Of a stretch of 64,000 bases of DNA, positions 1 to 12,600 are shown in pieces. The notes beneath the pieces were generated by a model, which saw only the letters and a list, made by a program, of their open reading frames with translations, ran no database searches and was not told the DNA's origin. Source of the DNA: Lepidodermella squamata (Eukaryota > Animalia > Gastrotricha); the NCBI GenBank assembly GCA_047495785.1, contig JBLDXI010000033.1, forward strand, positions 1,178,001 through 1,242,000, read 5' to 3'. How positions within the stretch are numbered: the first letter of the stretch is position 1; each line of letters begins with the position of its first letter. The translations under genes and the position numbers were made by a program.

Positions 1-72
1 TTAATTAAAATAAATTAAAAATTGAAAAATGTTGAAAAAATTTCAAAATTTAAGAAATTGTTTAATAATCAC

Positions 73-3000
73 GTGAGATCCGGCGTCGTCGTTGGCGATG
101 TTGAGTTCGGCGCTGAGCCATTGCGCACCCTGTTGGCCGCATCGCTCCCACAGCAGCCGTTCGTCCTGGTTAGCCTTGGCGTGATAGACGCGAAGGCAGC
201 CCATCTGCGAGCCGTACATGAAGTACCAAAATTGGAAGCAATAACTCGCAGAATTCTTCATGAGCGCCTTTAAAATTCGCGCCTTGTCGCCCTTCTTCTG
301 CGGCGAGGAGCCTTCGATGAAGGCGTAGGTGCCTAAAATTTATAAAAAAATCGTTAATTATCGGAAAATTAGGGCATGAAAAATTACGTGCAAATTAATG
401 TGAACTCAACGATTAAAATTATAAAAATAAATTCGTGCAGTTTTAATTGATTAAAATCAACGAAAAATCACAACGAAAATGAGTTGAAAGTGTCAAAACC
501 AAAACGCAAAGTGATTAAAATTGACGGTTAAAAAAATTCTGGAATTGTTACTGTACCTATCATGAGTGGATTGACCCCGAAATAGTAACTGAGTGAGACC
601 CACTTTGAAAGGACTGGCGTGTGATAAGGTTTGATATGTTTTTAAATGGGCCGCGCATGCAGATGAGGCACAAGTTGACAAAAATAATATTAATTATAAG
701 CACCGTGAATATAGGTTAAAGTTAGTATCATTTAAAATTGTGACTTTTTTCAAATTATTAAATTTTAAAAAATGCAAGGAAAATACCTTTCGCTTCACCA
801 GACCCGGCGTAGGTGTGGTCGAAAGACGGCCCAGTGCCGTAGGACGGGGTTGGTCCACGGTTCATCTGCCAGTCGAAAATGTCGCCGAAAGAATTCTTCC
901 ACGCGCAAAAGTTGTTCGCCTCGAAATCGCAGAAATCATCGTCCGCATCGGTCGGGCCCAACTGGCACGTTTTCGGCGAGTACGAAACTTGGACGTCGTC
1001 CAACGAAATGGTGCCGCCAAACGTCGGCTGCCCGGCCTCGGCTTCGAACGCAATCTGGAAGAACGGGCCCTTTGGAATAATCGGCGCTTGGCCGCTGAGC
1101 CACGCGTCGCCAAAGTTACCCCGCGCCTCCCAGATAACGTCCTCCTCGAGGCCTGGGTTGATGACAACCATGCGCAACACCCCGGCATCGACGCCGTTAA
1201 CGCCGAAGAAAAATGTGATGCAGTTGACGTCGTAGCTGAAGTAGCGGCTTAGTAGTCTAGCTTTCTGGCCTCGCTTCTGAGGCTGGCCGGTCATTGTGTA
1301 GGCGTAATGGCCGTTTGTGTCACCCCGGCTGTGATCGACCGCCGGCATGGTTGGGTGGCGCTGGCGCACGCTGTTCGGCGAGTATGGCCCGTAAATGTCC
1401 CATGAAAAGTCGCTGTTCGGATCACTGCCCCAGCCACACCACGTTTGCTCAAACGAACAAGTCGCTGTAAAAACATATTGTGAAGTTTTACGAGCTGTAC
1501 AGTGACCACAAATGAAACATCAATTAGTATCGAGGGTAGAAACATTATTCGAGATTAAAAAAGGGAAAAAAACAGGGGCGAAATTCTTAGAAATAGGCAA
1601 GCTATAGGCGTTTTCATCACCTCCAACAAAAAAATGCCATTAAGCTGGTCGAAAAAAATAAGTCAAGGCGGGATAGGTTTTTTTTGTTACCTTTGATTAG
1701 CATGTTCAAGTCTGCGTTAGTGTGGTTAAAATCTTAATTAGCATGTGCCATGCACGAATATATAAAAGGCGCGATCATTTTTTTAGAATGATAATAATAA
1801 TAATATCTGTGGTGTGATTATATGCGAGGTTCAGCGGCGTGTTTTTTACCTGACGTAATGTTCGTGCTACCATCAACAGGTGTGGCCCCGGCACCTCCAA
1901 CAAGGTTTACATTGACAGGCCCACCTTTTGCTGATGACGTTGCGCCGACAATGGGCAGCAACACGGATGCTGGTGTCGCGGTATTGCCGCCTTTTATTAT
2001 TTCATCATTATTCATTCATTAATAATTGAAAACAATTAGTAAAGCGCTAAAAGTCGCACTTTAAATTTTCTACTAAAAATTCCACCTTAATTAATACCTA
2101 GTAATTTTTCCCGATTAATTTTAAACAACTGCCTTCACCACACATTCACCGTTCACCAGAGTGCTATTTTAGGTGTGAAATTAATTGACCTGAGAAACGC
2201 CCTGGTTTTCGCAGTTCAGTGAATAAAATGTGCGTAAAAAAGGATTTTTCAAAAATTTTGAAAAATCCGAACTCCAATGAAAATGATTCATCGCAAAAAG
2301 TGTTGCCGAAAAGCGTCGCATAACTTTACAAATTAGAGGTATTTTCTTGGGTGTTCGATAGCTTAGGTATTAGATGGCTAGCAAATACCCGAAACAGCAA
2401 ACGCGACAAAACAGCAAATTTATTAACTTGCGACATAACAGCAGAAAATCGATGCATCTTTTGAATAGTAAGTTTTTGCTGTTTTGTCGCAAAATATAAA
2501 ATTTGCTGTTTTGTCGTAATTGCTGTTCTGCGAAGTTGCTGTTTTGTCGCCGTACCAAATTGGCACGCAATAAAAATCGGAAACACGCGATAAATTCGGA
2601 TTTTTCTGAAAATTTCATGTCCCAACGATTCCGCGTTTTGATAATTCAAGATCAGTCTCAAAGGCTTCCCGTCAAATATTTCAAAACTTTTCAAAAAAAT
2701 TTCAATTTGAGCGATTTTAAATCCACTTCTCGGTAAAAATGTCACACGGTTAGAAAATTATGCGAAAAGCCGAGAAAAAGTTTGCTCTAGTAAAAAAGAT
2801 CTGAATCTCTAAAAAAAAGTTCAGGGGCTGAAACTATGGGATCTGACCCAATTTCTAAGCAAATTAATAATCCACTAGTTCAATTATTTTTCCACAAATC
2901 TCGCATTTAAATCTTACCGACTACGAGTCTTGGCATCGACCCGCTGACAGGATACAAGAACGGCGACGATTTGCCAGCCGATCTTGGCTGATTCTCAAAC

Positions 3001-6000
3001 GAGATCAACATTTCCGAAGTCGTCGCTAGCTGCGTTGTAGTCGTAGGCCTCGTCGTTGTTGTCGTTGTTGTCGTCGTTGTTGGTGCAGTTGTCGTTGTCG
3101 TAGTCGTCGTCGTGCTAGTCGTCGTACTCGTCGAAGCTGTCTTCTGTTGGTAAGGGTAAAGACCGAGGTTATTGGACACCCCGAGATACGAAGGAATGGA
3201 AAGGCCTACGGATCGAACAACCGGTGACATCGGCAGTAGGACAGGTTGTTGAGCAGGGCCTTCGACACTCAGCTTATTCGAAGGCGGAGCTGGCACAGAG
3301 GGTGGTTGTAAGGACCTAGCGACATTGACGTAAGAAATCGAAGCCACCCTAGGCTGGGTCGACATTGTTTCAACAGGCGTTGTGCCGTAGCCGTGGTCGT
3401 AACTCAACGCGCATTTGTACAACCTGTTGATTTCACGCACGTCCCAATTTGACAGGCCGTTTCGCTGGCCGATCGTTGTTCCGTCTTTCCGCGGCGCGAT
3501 TGTGATGAGATTAGGCGCTTTTGAGAAGTCGCTCGCACCGTAATGCATGACTGATTCGTAGTCGTAGGGCGTGCCCGAGTCGGTGGCGAACTTCGGGTCG
3601 AGCTTTTTGAAGTTCTCCCGCGCGTACCATAGAATATTGTCCCAGATAATGTTGACGTAGCTGTCGCGGTCGGGCCGGTTCTGCTCGTGCCAGAAGCCGA
3701 TGGCGTGCATCAACTCGTGGACGATGGTTCCGTAACGCCAGAAACAGCCAGAGTTAAGGCGGACTAATTGCATGCCTAATTGGCGACCGGCACTTGACGA
3801 ACATCTGTTATTCAAAAAAAAAGTTAATTAGCTGTTGTTGTTGTTGTTGTTCTGATGAGCTGGGAAATATGGGAATTTAATTTATTTTTATTCAAATAAT
3901 TTAGTTTCATATTTCTAATTGAAAAAAGGATGAAGATGCAAATTCAGCGAAAAATCCTAAAACTCATGGAAATGTTGACAAATTTCACTTAAGAAATTTC
4001 GTTCGCGTGGTAAATTTGGTTTCATCCAAGTTACAAAAAAAAGTTGGTGATAAAAATGTGAAGTTCAGCTTCAAATCTCTAATAATTAAAAAATAAATTG
4101 AAAAAGCGGGAAAAAAATCCTGAAACTTTTAGCAAAAATATTGAAAAATGGCATTCACATAATGTTTTTCGACTTGGCCGCCATATTTTAAAATTATTCA
4201 AAATTTAGGTCATTCGTAAAATAAATTCAGACAAAAATATTGGCAAAAATTGAAGTTCGGAATCGGTCACAAAAGAATTCAACAATTCAGATTTTTCAAA
4301 TTTCAAATTTTTAAATTATTCTGGATTTGAAAAAATTGAAACAAATTCCGTTCGTTTGCTGATGGCAATGGAAATGTTTGCAAACCCCACGTGACAATCA
4401 AATTTCTACTGGGTTAGATTTTGGGGCTCGCCACTCACATAGACCGAGAAAAAGCCCTGGATTTGTTCAGAGCCGTACGGTTCCGCCTGTACAACGCCCT
4501 TATTTTCAATAATAAACAGGTTTTTCAAGATCAAGCCCATTTTTAAATTAGCGAATTTCAAAAACAAAAATCACGACTTACAATGCATCCTGAACTTTTT
4601 TGATGTAGATGTAGTCGGTTTCATCGACACGTCGCTGGAACCTGATACACGTCCTCTGGCCGTAGTCTTCGAACGCCCTCAGCAGCATATTCCGCTCCGA
4701 ATCCGCGAAATCGCCATCGATGATGTACGGAATAACGCCATTCGGCCACAGATAGTCGTCATTAGCTATCGCGGCATTGAGTACGTTTTCAGCGCCGGGG
4801 ACGTTCGCCATCGACGACACAAGGATGTCGCCCTCGACAACGTCGTAGCAGTCACCCTCGCTGAGAGCGACGTGCGACAGCGCGACGTCGCGCGAGTTGC
4901 CACCGGTTGTGCCGTCGAAGATGAGCCGGAAGTTGTACGTCGCGTTCAGCTTGACTAGCGCCGTCAGCCACGTCGAGTGCGAGTCGTCCTGTGACGTCCA
5001 CGCGACGTATTCCGCCCGCGATTCATTACGCACGATAACCTTGAGCGACGACAGGCCCTCCGGGTTGAACAGGTAGTACAAAAATCGCAGGCAAAAGCCG
5101 CTATGCATGGCTGAATTCGTCGCCGGCACCCACTCGGAGACGAGCCTAGCATGCTTGCCAAACGACTCCGCCTGCGTTTCCACGTAGATGAAATAGTCGG
5201 ACGTGTTCTGCGGGCCGGCTTGCAGCATTTGCTGGTCGAGCGCGTTGTTGGGCGCGGCGAGGCGCGCGAATGCGGTTATATTGCTGGCCAAGGTCGGCGG
5301 CGCGGTGTTGGTGCGCGAAAATTGCGCCCAGTCGAGGTCGTCGAGTTGTGATTGCGTCCAATAGCATAAGCTGTTGCGGAACTCGCAGTCAATCAGATTG
5401 GTAGCACCAGCGACTGGCTTAATTCCACCTTTAAAATATTAAAAAAAATCCTCCTTAATTATTTTTCATTATTTTTTCATTTTATTTTCATCCGATTTTT
5501 GAATTATATTAGGGAGTCACTCGTTTTTTGTTTTGTTTTGAAGAAGTTGAGAAAGACATGTTTTGCTTCTTTTTGCGTTCAAAATAGCATTTACTGCGGT
5601 TAATGACTATTTACGAAGTGTCCCCGTTTCCCAGACTTCACTACACCCTACAACGGCTTTTACTTGCCTGTTTGCCCTAGTATATTTTGGCGACTCGCGC
5701 CACTCAAATAACCGCTGTATTTTTGTCAAAAGAGCAAGCGCCGGCTATATGCCTAAAACAACCCGGGGCAATAAAACTGTCTGCAGCTATCATTTTATGG
5801 GGCTCACAAAAAGCACAACAGGCGCGCGCAATAGCATTGTCTGTGTTGAAGACAAAATTTTCACCGCACGACAAAAGTGCGGTCATCTAATAATAAGTAT
5901 CTGCTTTTTCATCTCTGCCTTTTCATGAAATAACTGCGTATATCATTACAACCCATCTTTATGGCCCCGTAGGTGGGCGAAACAACGTACAATGAAACGT

Positions 6001-6600
6001 GAAAATACACATCGTAAAAACCCACAGGACATTTATTGGCCCGCCGCTGTGGTGGTGGTGATGATGATTGTTTCAACAAAACACGCGAATGTTCGCAAAA
6101 ACTCGTCAATAAAACGGAACACGAACAGCAGCAGGCATTGTTGTCCCATTTTTGTTGAATGCAAGCAAATAAATAAACAATACCCCTAAGCAAACACCAA
6201 GACAGCCCTAAATAAAACCGATTTTTCCCCCACTGGGTAAATTAGTTATAAATAACCCAAAGAATAAACTCGATTTCGACGCATAAATACAATTGATTAT
6301 AGGAAAAAATGTACCTGGCAAGAGCTGAGCGATTGTTAGCGCAAAGAAAATGCCCGTTGACAGCCATCTCCTCGGCGTGGATTTGAGTAGTGACGAGGCG
6401 GGTAGGTTGTGCCTCGATGAGGCGATCGTTTGGCACCGTTGGGATCGCGATGAAAACGAGGCAGCGTGACTGCGGTGGTCATGGCACAAATTTGATGACG
6501 ATGACGACGATGGTGATGAAGGTTGAGCCGCGTGGCGGCGGTTAAATTGCGTTAAAAAACTATTAGGCTCAGCGGCAACGTCGAGAATTCGCTCCGACAT
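73..6600 (-). CDS. Astacin (M12A) metalloprotease with MAM domains: signal anchor - MAM - astacin - Thr/Pro linker - MAM - MAM; 3'-truncated by the window edge
   Basis: Exons 6600-6315, 5428-4582, 3804-2918, 1990-1850 (weaker acceptor), 1464-787, 332-73, all GT-AG and in frame. Zinc motif HELMHAIGFWHEQNRPDRD, Met-turn SVMHY, propeptide motif VVEGDIL, WPNGVIPY. MAM starts IDCEFRNSLCYW, TCSFEQTWCGW and FCDFEANNFCAW. Confidence 0.92.
2392..2551. repeat. Intronic short direct and inverted repeats (TTGCTGTTTTGTCG), probable degenerate MITE/foldback remnant
   Basis: TTGCTGTTTTGTCG at ~2476, ~2503 and ~2536; reverse complement CGACAAAACAGCAA at ~2404. Confidence 0.45.
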
Positions 6601-9600
6601 TGTATTGAAGAGTAGCGGATTGTTGATTGTTCTAATAACAGGAACTGGAATAACCTATGGACGGGTTACTAGAAGACCGAAGTTGAATTTTCCGCTCCGG
6701 CAGGCCGATACAGCTCATAATTAGAAGTCACCAAAATTAATCAACTATTTTAGGCCTTAATCAGTAAATAACGGATAATAAAATAGACCTAGATGAGGAA
6801 ATGAGGAAAAAGTTGTTAATAAATGAAAGGCGGAGGTCTAGCACCTTTGAAGGCGCGAGAAAAAAGGCGCTCGAGATAGTGCTTGGAGCGCGTGTTTACG
6901 TTTCATTGCGAGGCAGGACGCGTAAATTGCGCCTCTACCAACATTGTTGTTTAGCGCGGGTTTATGGCCGCGACTGGTAAGTAATATTATAGTATTATTG
7001 TCATTACTGCTACTAGAGGTAACTGGCTTAAGGAGGCGCTGTCCCCCTGCGCCGAAAGAGGTGCCTATTAATAATAGCGTGGCGAGATGTGTCCCTCTCT
7101 GCCTTTGAGAGGCCATCGGCCCGAGTTGCCTACTTCACGCAGCTCGTCATCATAAAATCTCAAGAAGCTAGTATTGAAAATTGAAAGAAACACGTTGAGA
7201 CGCGCTATTATTATTATTATTGTTATTACAAGGCGTTAAATTCGCGAGCGCAGACAAGCCGCTTCGAGCTTGAGCGATTTGCCTGAATGCGCCGGCTGGT
7301 TGCCTATCTAAGATCAAATAACCGGAAAAAATTGCGAATAAAGGCGAACAGCGTCACCGGCGCAACAGCCTTTTGTCAATTGCGTGTTCGGCAAAACGTT
7401 TAAAGGGCGGGGTCGGGCCGAAATTAATTTCCAAGCGGCTATTAAGATGCGACAACTGACAGCAAGTCCGCCTTAATTATACGCTAGATTTTTATTGCTA
7501 AAGCATGACCGACTCTCGCGGTTTTTATTACCTAGCGTAAACAATAGGAAGTTTTGAATGGGGAGTCGATATGCTACTTATTACAGCAATACCTACTACG
7601 CACCCTGTTGGTTTATTGCGCTCGCTGAAATTTTTAAATATTAAGGCGGTGGTGATTGTTGTTTTGTTTGGTTAGCGTAGTAGCTTTTATTGCGCAAATA
7701 TTAATTATTTACAGGTAAGATTTGGTTGGTAATAATAATAATAGGAAATCGCCCGCTCTCGCGCTCAATTGTCGCAATTTTAGCCCGATTTTATTGCGTG
7801 TTTCCCGAAATGGCCAACGCAATTTCTCGATAATAAAGAATTTCTAAAAACTATAGTTGCTGGCTATTACCTGAGTTCTGAGCCATGTAAATATCGCCCG
7901 CTAAATAATAATAACAATAATAATAATAGTAATAAACAAAAATTCGATAGAAGAAGTTACAGCGCGCAAGAAACTGAAAAACCCGCCCACATAAATTTTT
8001 ATTGTTTGAGAGACCGCTGCGTTATAGGAGATGAATGCGCTATTGACAGCACTGCCCATCAGGGTAAAATGTTTCATATTTTAAGGGCTCTAAACGTCGC
8101 GGTCATTGAAATAATCCAAGACGGCCGTTTATTATCGACACGCAAAATTGTTTTTCGCCCGTGGTTTTTGGTAAATTTCAATTATATATTGTTCAAAATG
8201 CCTAAAATGAAACGTAGGAGAAATTTCTGAATCGCAGAACAGAACGTTTTGTAGCGAAAATATTTGCGTAAAAACCGTGCGTTAATTTCTCGCATGGCTC
8301 AGCAGAAAAAGTAGACGGTGACAAAAGATAAGAAAGATGAGACAAACATGAGGTGTCGGGAAAAAAATGTTTGAATAGGTTAATTAAAAAATATTGAGAT
8401 GACTGTTTCGTGATACAATGATACCTGCCATAAAAATTATTGTTATTTTTAGGAATAATTAAAACGCAACTTTTTAACGCCGCAACAATTAATTAATAAA
8501 AACGGTGGCCGAATTTTCTGCGGAACGTTTTTCGGTATCACCACTAACAATCGTGTCGCATGTCGCCGCGCGCTTTTGTTTCGCTCGTTTTATGACATTC
8601 GCGCGCCTCGTGCGCGGTGGCAAAAAGTTTTGTTGTGTATTTAAGCGCAGCAACAGCAGAAAATTGGCAGTTGACCATCGAGGCAGGTCTAAAATATATG
8701 CCGGCGGCGGAAGTTGCCATCATGCAGAGCAGCTAATGCACAGAAGTATCATCCTAGTGCGATAACGTAACTTGCTATAATTTAACTGTAAATGTTGGTT
8801 TATTTTTGCGCGCGATGAAGCGAGCCTGAATAAACGATAGATTTTTATGGCAACACAACGAAACACAATTGGCGACACAATAGCGGGTGGTAAAAAGGCA
8901 GACAAGTGCGGCTGCTAGGTAAATGAACATCGCCGCCATTATATCTTTGATGAAACTATAAAAATAATAGATGAACAGCAAATAAAAATAACAATAAAAA
9001 GTTATATGTTTTGTCCAGCCATCTCTCTCTCTCTCTCTGCTGAGTAAATATCACAAAAGTTGCGCATAATGTGATAGCCGTGAAAAATATTAAGGTGGGC
9101 GCGAAAATTCGTAATGACGAGCGCGCATCACCTTTAATGAGCGCGCGCTATTGTTTCCGCGCGTTTTTTCCGCGCGCAACAAAATTTGCGAAAGCGCCCC
9201 GCGTTTTATCGCACTGTAAATAAAACCGCTACGGCGCCGCTTTCGAATACTATACAGGTAGGTATATTGCTGTAAGTAAATTGTAATTTGCAAAAATAAA
9301 CAGTGTTCACGACCGGGTTGAATGACTAATGAACTATAGTGAAGGCGCTTGTCTTAAGGCGGCTGGCGAATTAGACACCTTGTGGAAATCGGCCCCATTA
9401 TTGTTATTATTTATGGTGGCGGCGAGAGTTATAGGAACTGTAAGGACATGAGGGAGTAGAGCGCTTAACACTATGTTTGATTATACTTCACGTAATGCAA
9501 TAATTCAGTCACTCAGTCACCTCAAAGAGGTCAGTCACCCTGTGCGTGCGTGTTTGATGAACAGCAAACAGCCGCGTTTTGTTGTTATTGTCGTTAGGCA

Positions 9601-12600
9601 GTATTGTTGTGCCGGCGAAAGGCGACACGGGAGACACAGCGAGGCCTTAACAAATAGTAGGTAAGTCGTCGTCGGCAGTTGTGTATTGAGAGTTATAGGG
9701 GGTAATATAATGATTTATTATTAGCAAGAGGCAAGGCGCGGCTGATGCGTGTAATAAAAATGACGGCGGCGTGCGCGCGTTTAGCCCCACGCACGCGCAT
9801 GTCAGGACCCAGAACGCACTCAGAACAACAAGTCAAAACACCGATGACTGCCTGCGCCTTGTGACACCTTGTTCGCAGAACAAACGCTCGTGTTTATCCT
9901 CTCTTAGGTATTATTATTATTGTTGTATTACGTATACCTATTACTATTCGACGAACCCGGCTGACAAACAACTCGAATACTGACCTACAGATAGCCTTCA
10001 AGTTTTTTGGCACGAGATAGTTAAGTCAGATTAACGTCAGATTAAGTAGAACGGTAAGAGTGAGGTGACCTAATTCGGTGGGGGTTATTCATAACAATCA
10101 ACATACCTGCATGTATTTTTTACGGGTATGAGCTTGTCTTATTTAGGGCAAATTATTAGAATGGGGGAGGAGGCAACAGCGGGCGGTGCTCCGCGAAGCG
10201 TGCTGTCGCTTAATTGAGGTGGATAAAAATGCGTCAACAATTTTTGTTGTTGTTGTGGAGCATTTGGGAAAACGCCACTGGTAGAACTTCGACATTAATT
10301 TTTTTAATTTCACGTGATGAAAGATGAGAGAGAGCGTGTTAATAGTTTGTCGAGGGCACCGGGTGCAAATTAATCCAATGCCGCTGAGGAAAAAGTCAAA
10401 AGAAATTAATGATGCGACACTATAACAAGAATCTATGCGGCAAAAATCCTGGTTTGCGTACAACACCTATTGCGATAATTTTTAAAATAAATTTCAGCTA
10501 GGCACAGGTAGGTAATAAAAAACTGCGCAATAATTACTGTGATGATGTTAAAAGACAACGTAAAAGAGGTGGTAAAAGCGATAACATTGTTGGAGGTAGG
10601 AAAAACACTCGATTCGCAACACATGAAGCAGTGAGGTTTTTTCGGACCATTTGCCTGCCCGTGCCGGGCTGTGGGCATTTAATAGACACGCATAGCGCGT
10701 AAAAAACACAAGAGATACAACATAATAACAGACAGAAAGAGTTACTTGTTTATCGAGGCGAAATAAATTATAATAGTAATAATTTTTCTCTCAAACTTTA
10801 ATTCACCTGAGTATAGAAATTCGTTCGATAGTTCGGGTCATTCTAAAACGGGATGACCTCTCTTTCATTGCCTTTAGAAGTGATGCCGGGCAATAAGTAA
10901 AATTTATTGTTACTGCGCATTTCGGTTATAATTAACTTGACCTATAGCGGCCCCTGGTCCTTATAAAACGATGAATTGAATAAAAGTCCTCGAAAGCCCT
11001 CAATAGCCCTCAAAAGCAGTCCTGGTTACTTCATTATCTGTTCTCACCTGACGGGGGAAATTGCGAAAAAAACGGCGCAGGTTTTTATTCACTCGTTTTT
11101 TTATCTACTGATGTAATGAATGGGAGTCTTGGAGAGAAGAAAATTGCCTAAACGATGTGGGCGCAATAATAAGACGCAGGCATGAAGCGGCTCATCGACT
11201 TGAATTATACACACGATCCGGCACGAGAGATGCTCACTCGAGTGTGAAATTGTGTTGTAGATAGTAGTAGGTGTCGTATAAAAACTATACTATAAACAAC
11301 AAAATCGCATTTTTTCATCTCTCACTCTAATCTCACCGCAAGTAATTTTGACACAGGTATTATTAAGATTAGGTTAACAATTCACGTTATGATTCAATAC
11401 TCTTTTGTTCTGAGATTGAACAATTGTAAAAACAGGAAAGTTCGGACATTTGACCATTGAGCATAAAATTAATCAAAAGAACGGAATTAAAAAAAGGAAA
11501 AATAATTATTTTAACTGAAAATAACAAAAATTAAGGTGGAGCCTACTATTCCGCAGTTCAGGCTTGTTTAGGGACGCTTAGAGGGTGTGGGGAAGGCTAG
11601 GCATTTCGTATGCCAAGTGGTGACAGATCGCAACCGGTTAGAACACGCTGCGCCTCGCGCCTTGTTTACTTGCAATTACATGTATATTCAGGCCGTTTTT
11701 GTTTGCCGGAATTTTTTCCTACCAGCGCCTAATATATTATTATTTAATTGCGGCAATATTTTTACAGCCCAGTTCCGCGCGTCGATTAAAATGTGTTCAA
11801 TTGATGCAAGTATTATTCGCAATTCATCATACCATAGCGCTGTGTATTGATACCTGCCCGGCCTACAGCGATTTTGTCGAAACAACATGTGTTCAGAGGT
11901 AAATAACAACCCTCAAACACATCTATTTTCGCCGAAAATGGACTACATTATAACACAGGAATAGGCGATGGAAGAAAAATACACCATTTTAGCGCAATAA
12001 GATTGCAGATATGAACTTTGAATCAAGTAATTTCTAACGCCTGATAACTCGATCAGGTGTGATAATATGAGCTGCCTCTGAAATATGAATATAAAAATTT
12101 GCCTAGGTAGAAGGATAATGGCTAAAAACGAGGCGAGAAATTGCGCCGCCGCACACGCCGCGCGCGTTTTTGTTGTTAACTTTGCGGTTGAAAACACAAT
12201 AATGCTAACGCAAAATTGAATATGTTGCAGTCGGCTTAGCCCCTGAGCGCGCATGGCGGAGATAAAAAAGAGCTCGCAGCGCGCAAAAAGTAGCGCGAGG
12301 AGGCTTCAAGTAGCGCGCTCAACGGGCTGTAATATTCGCGTCTCCGTAAACACCTGACTTCTAATAACAGCGTTAAAAGCCCGGCTGACAAAACGTTGGG
12401 GCAAAATATTAGCGAAACAAACGTCTCACGGGGCAGGAAAACATATCGTTACATGCATCAACCCGCGTCTCATTATGGTGAATAGGGTGTTCTATATACT
12501 AAAAGCATACTCGGCTGGCGATTCTGTGCCAAGTATCATTTGTTTCAATAACACGGCTATTATTGTTGCGTGACAATGAACTGAAAGGTAACATCCCGTT

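Noticed and set aside
2326-2745. ORFs of 77-139 aa inside the astacin intron
   Set aside because: They translate the short repeats; no coding features.
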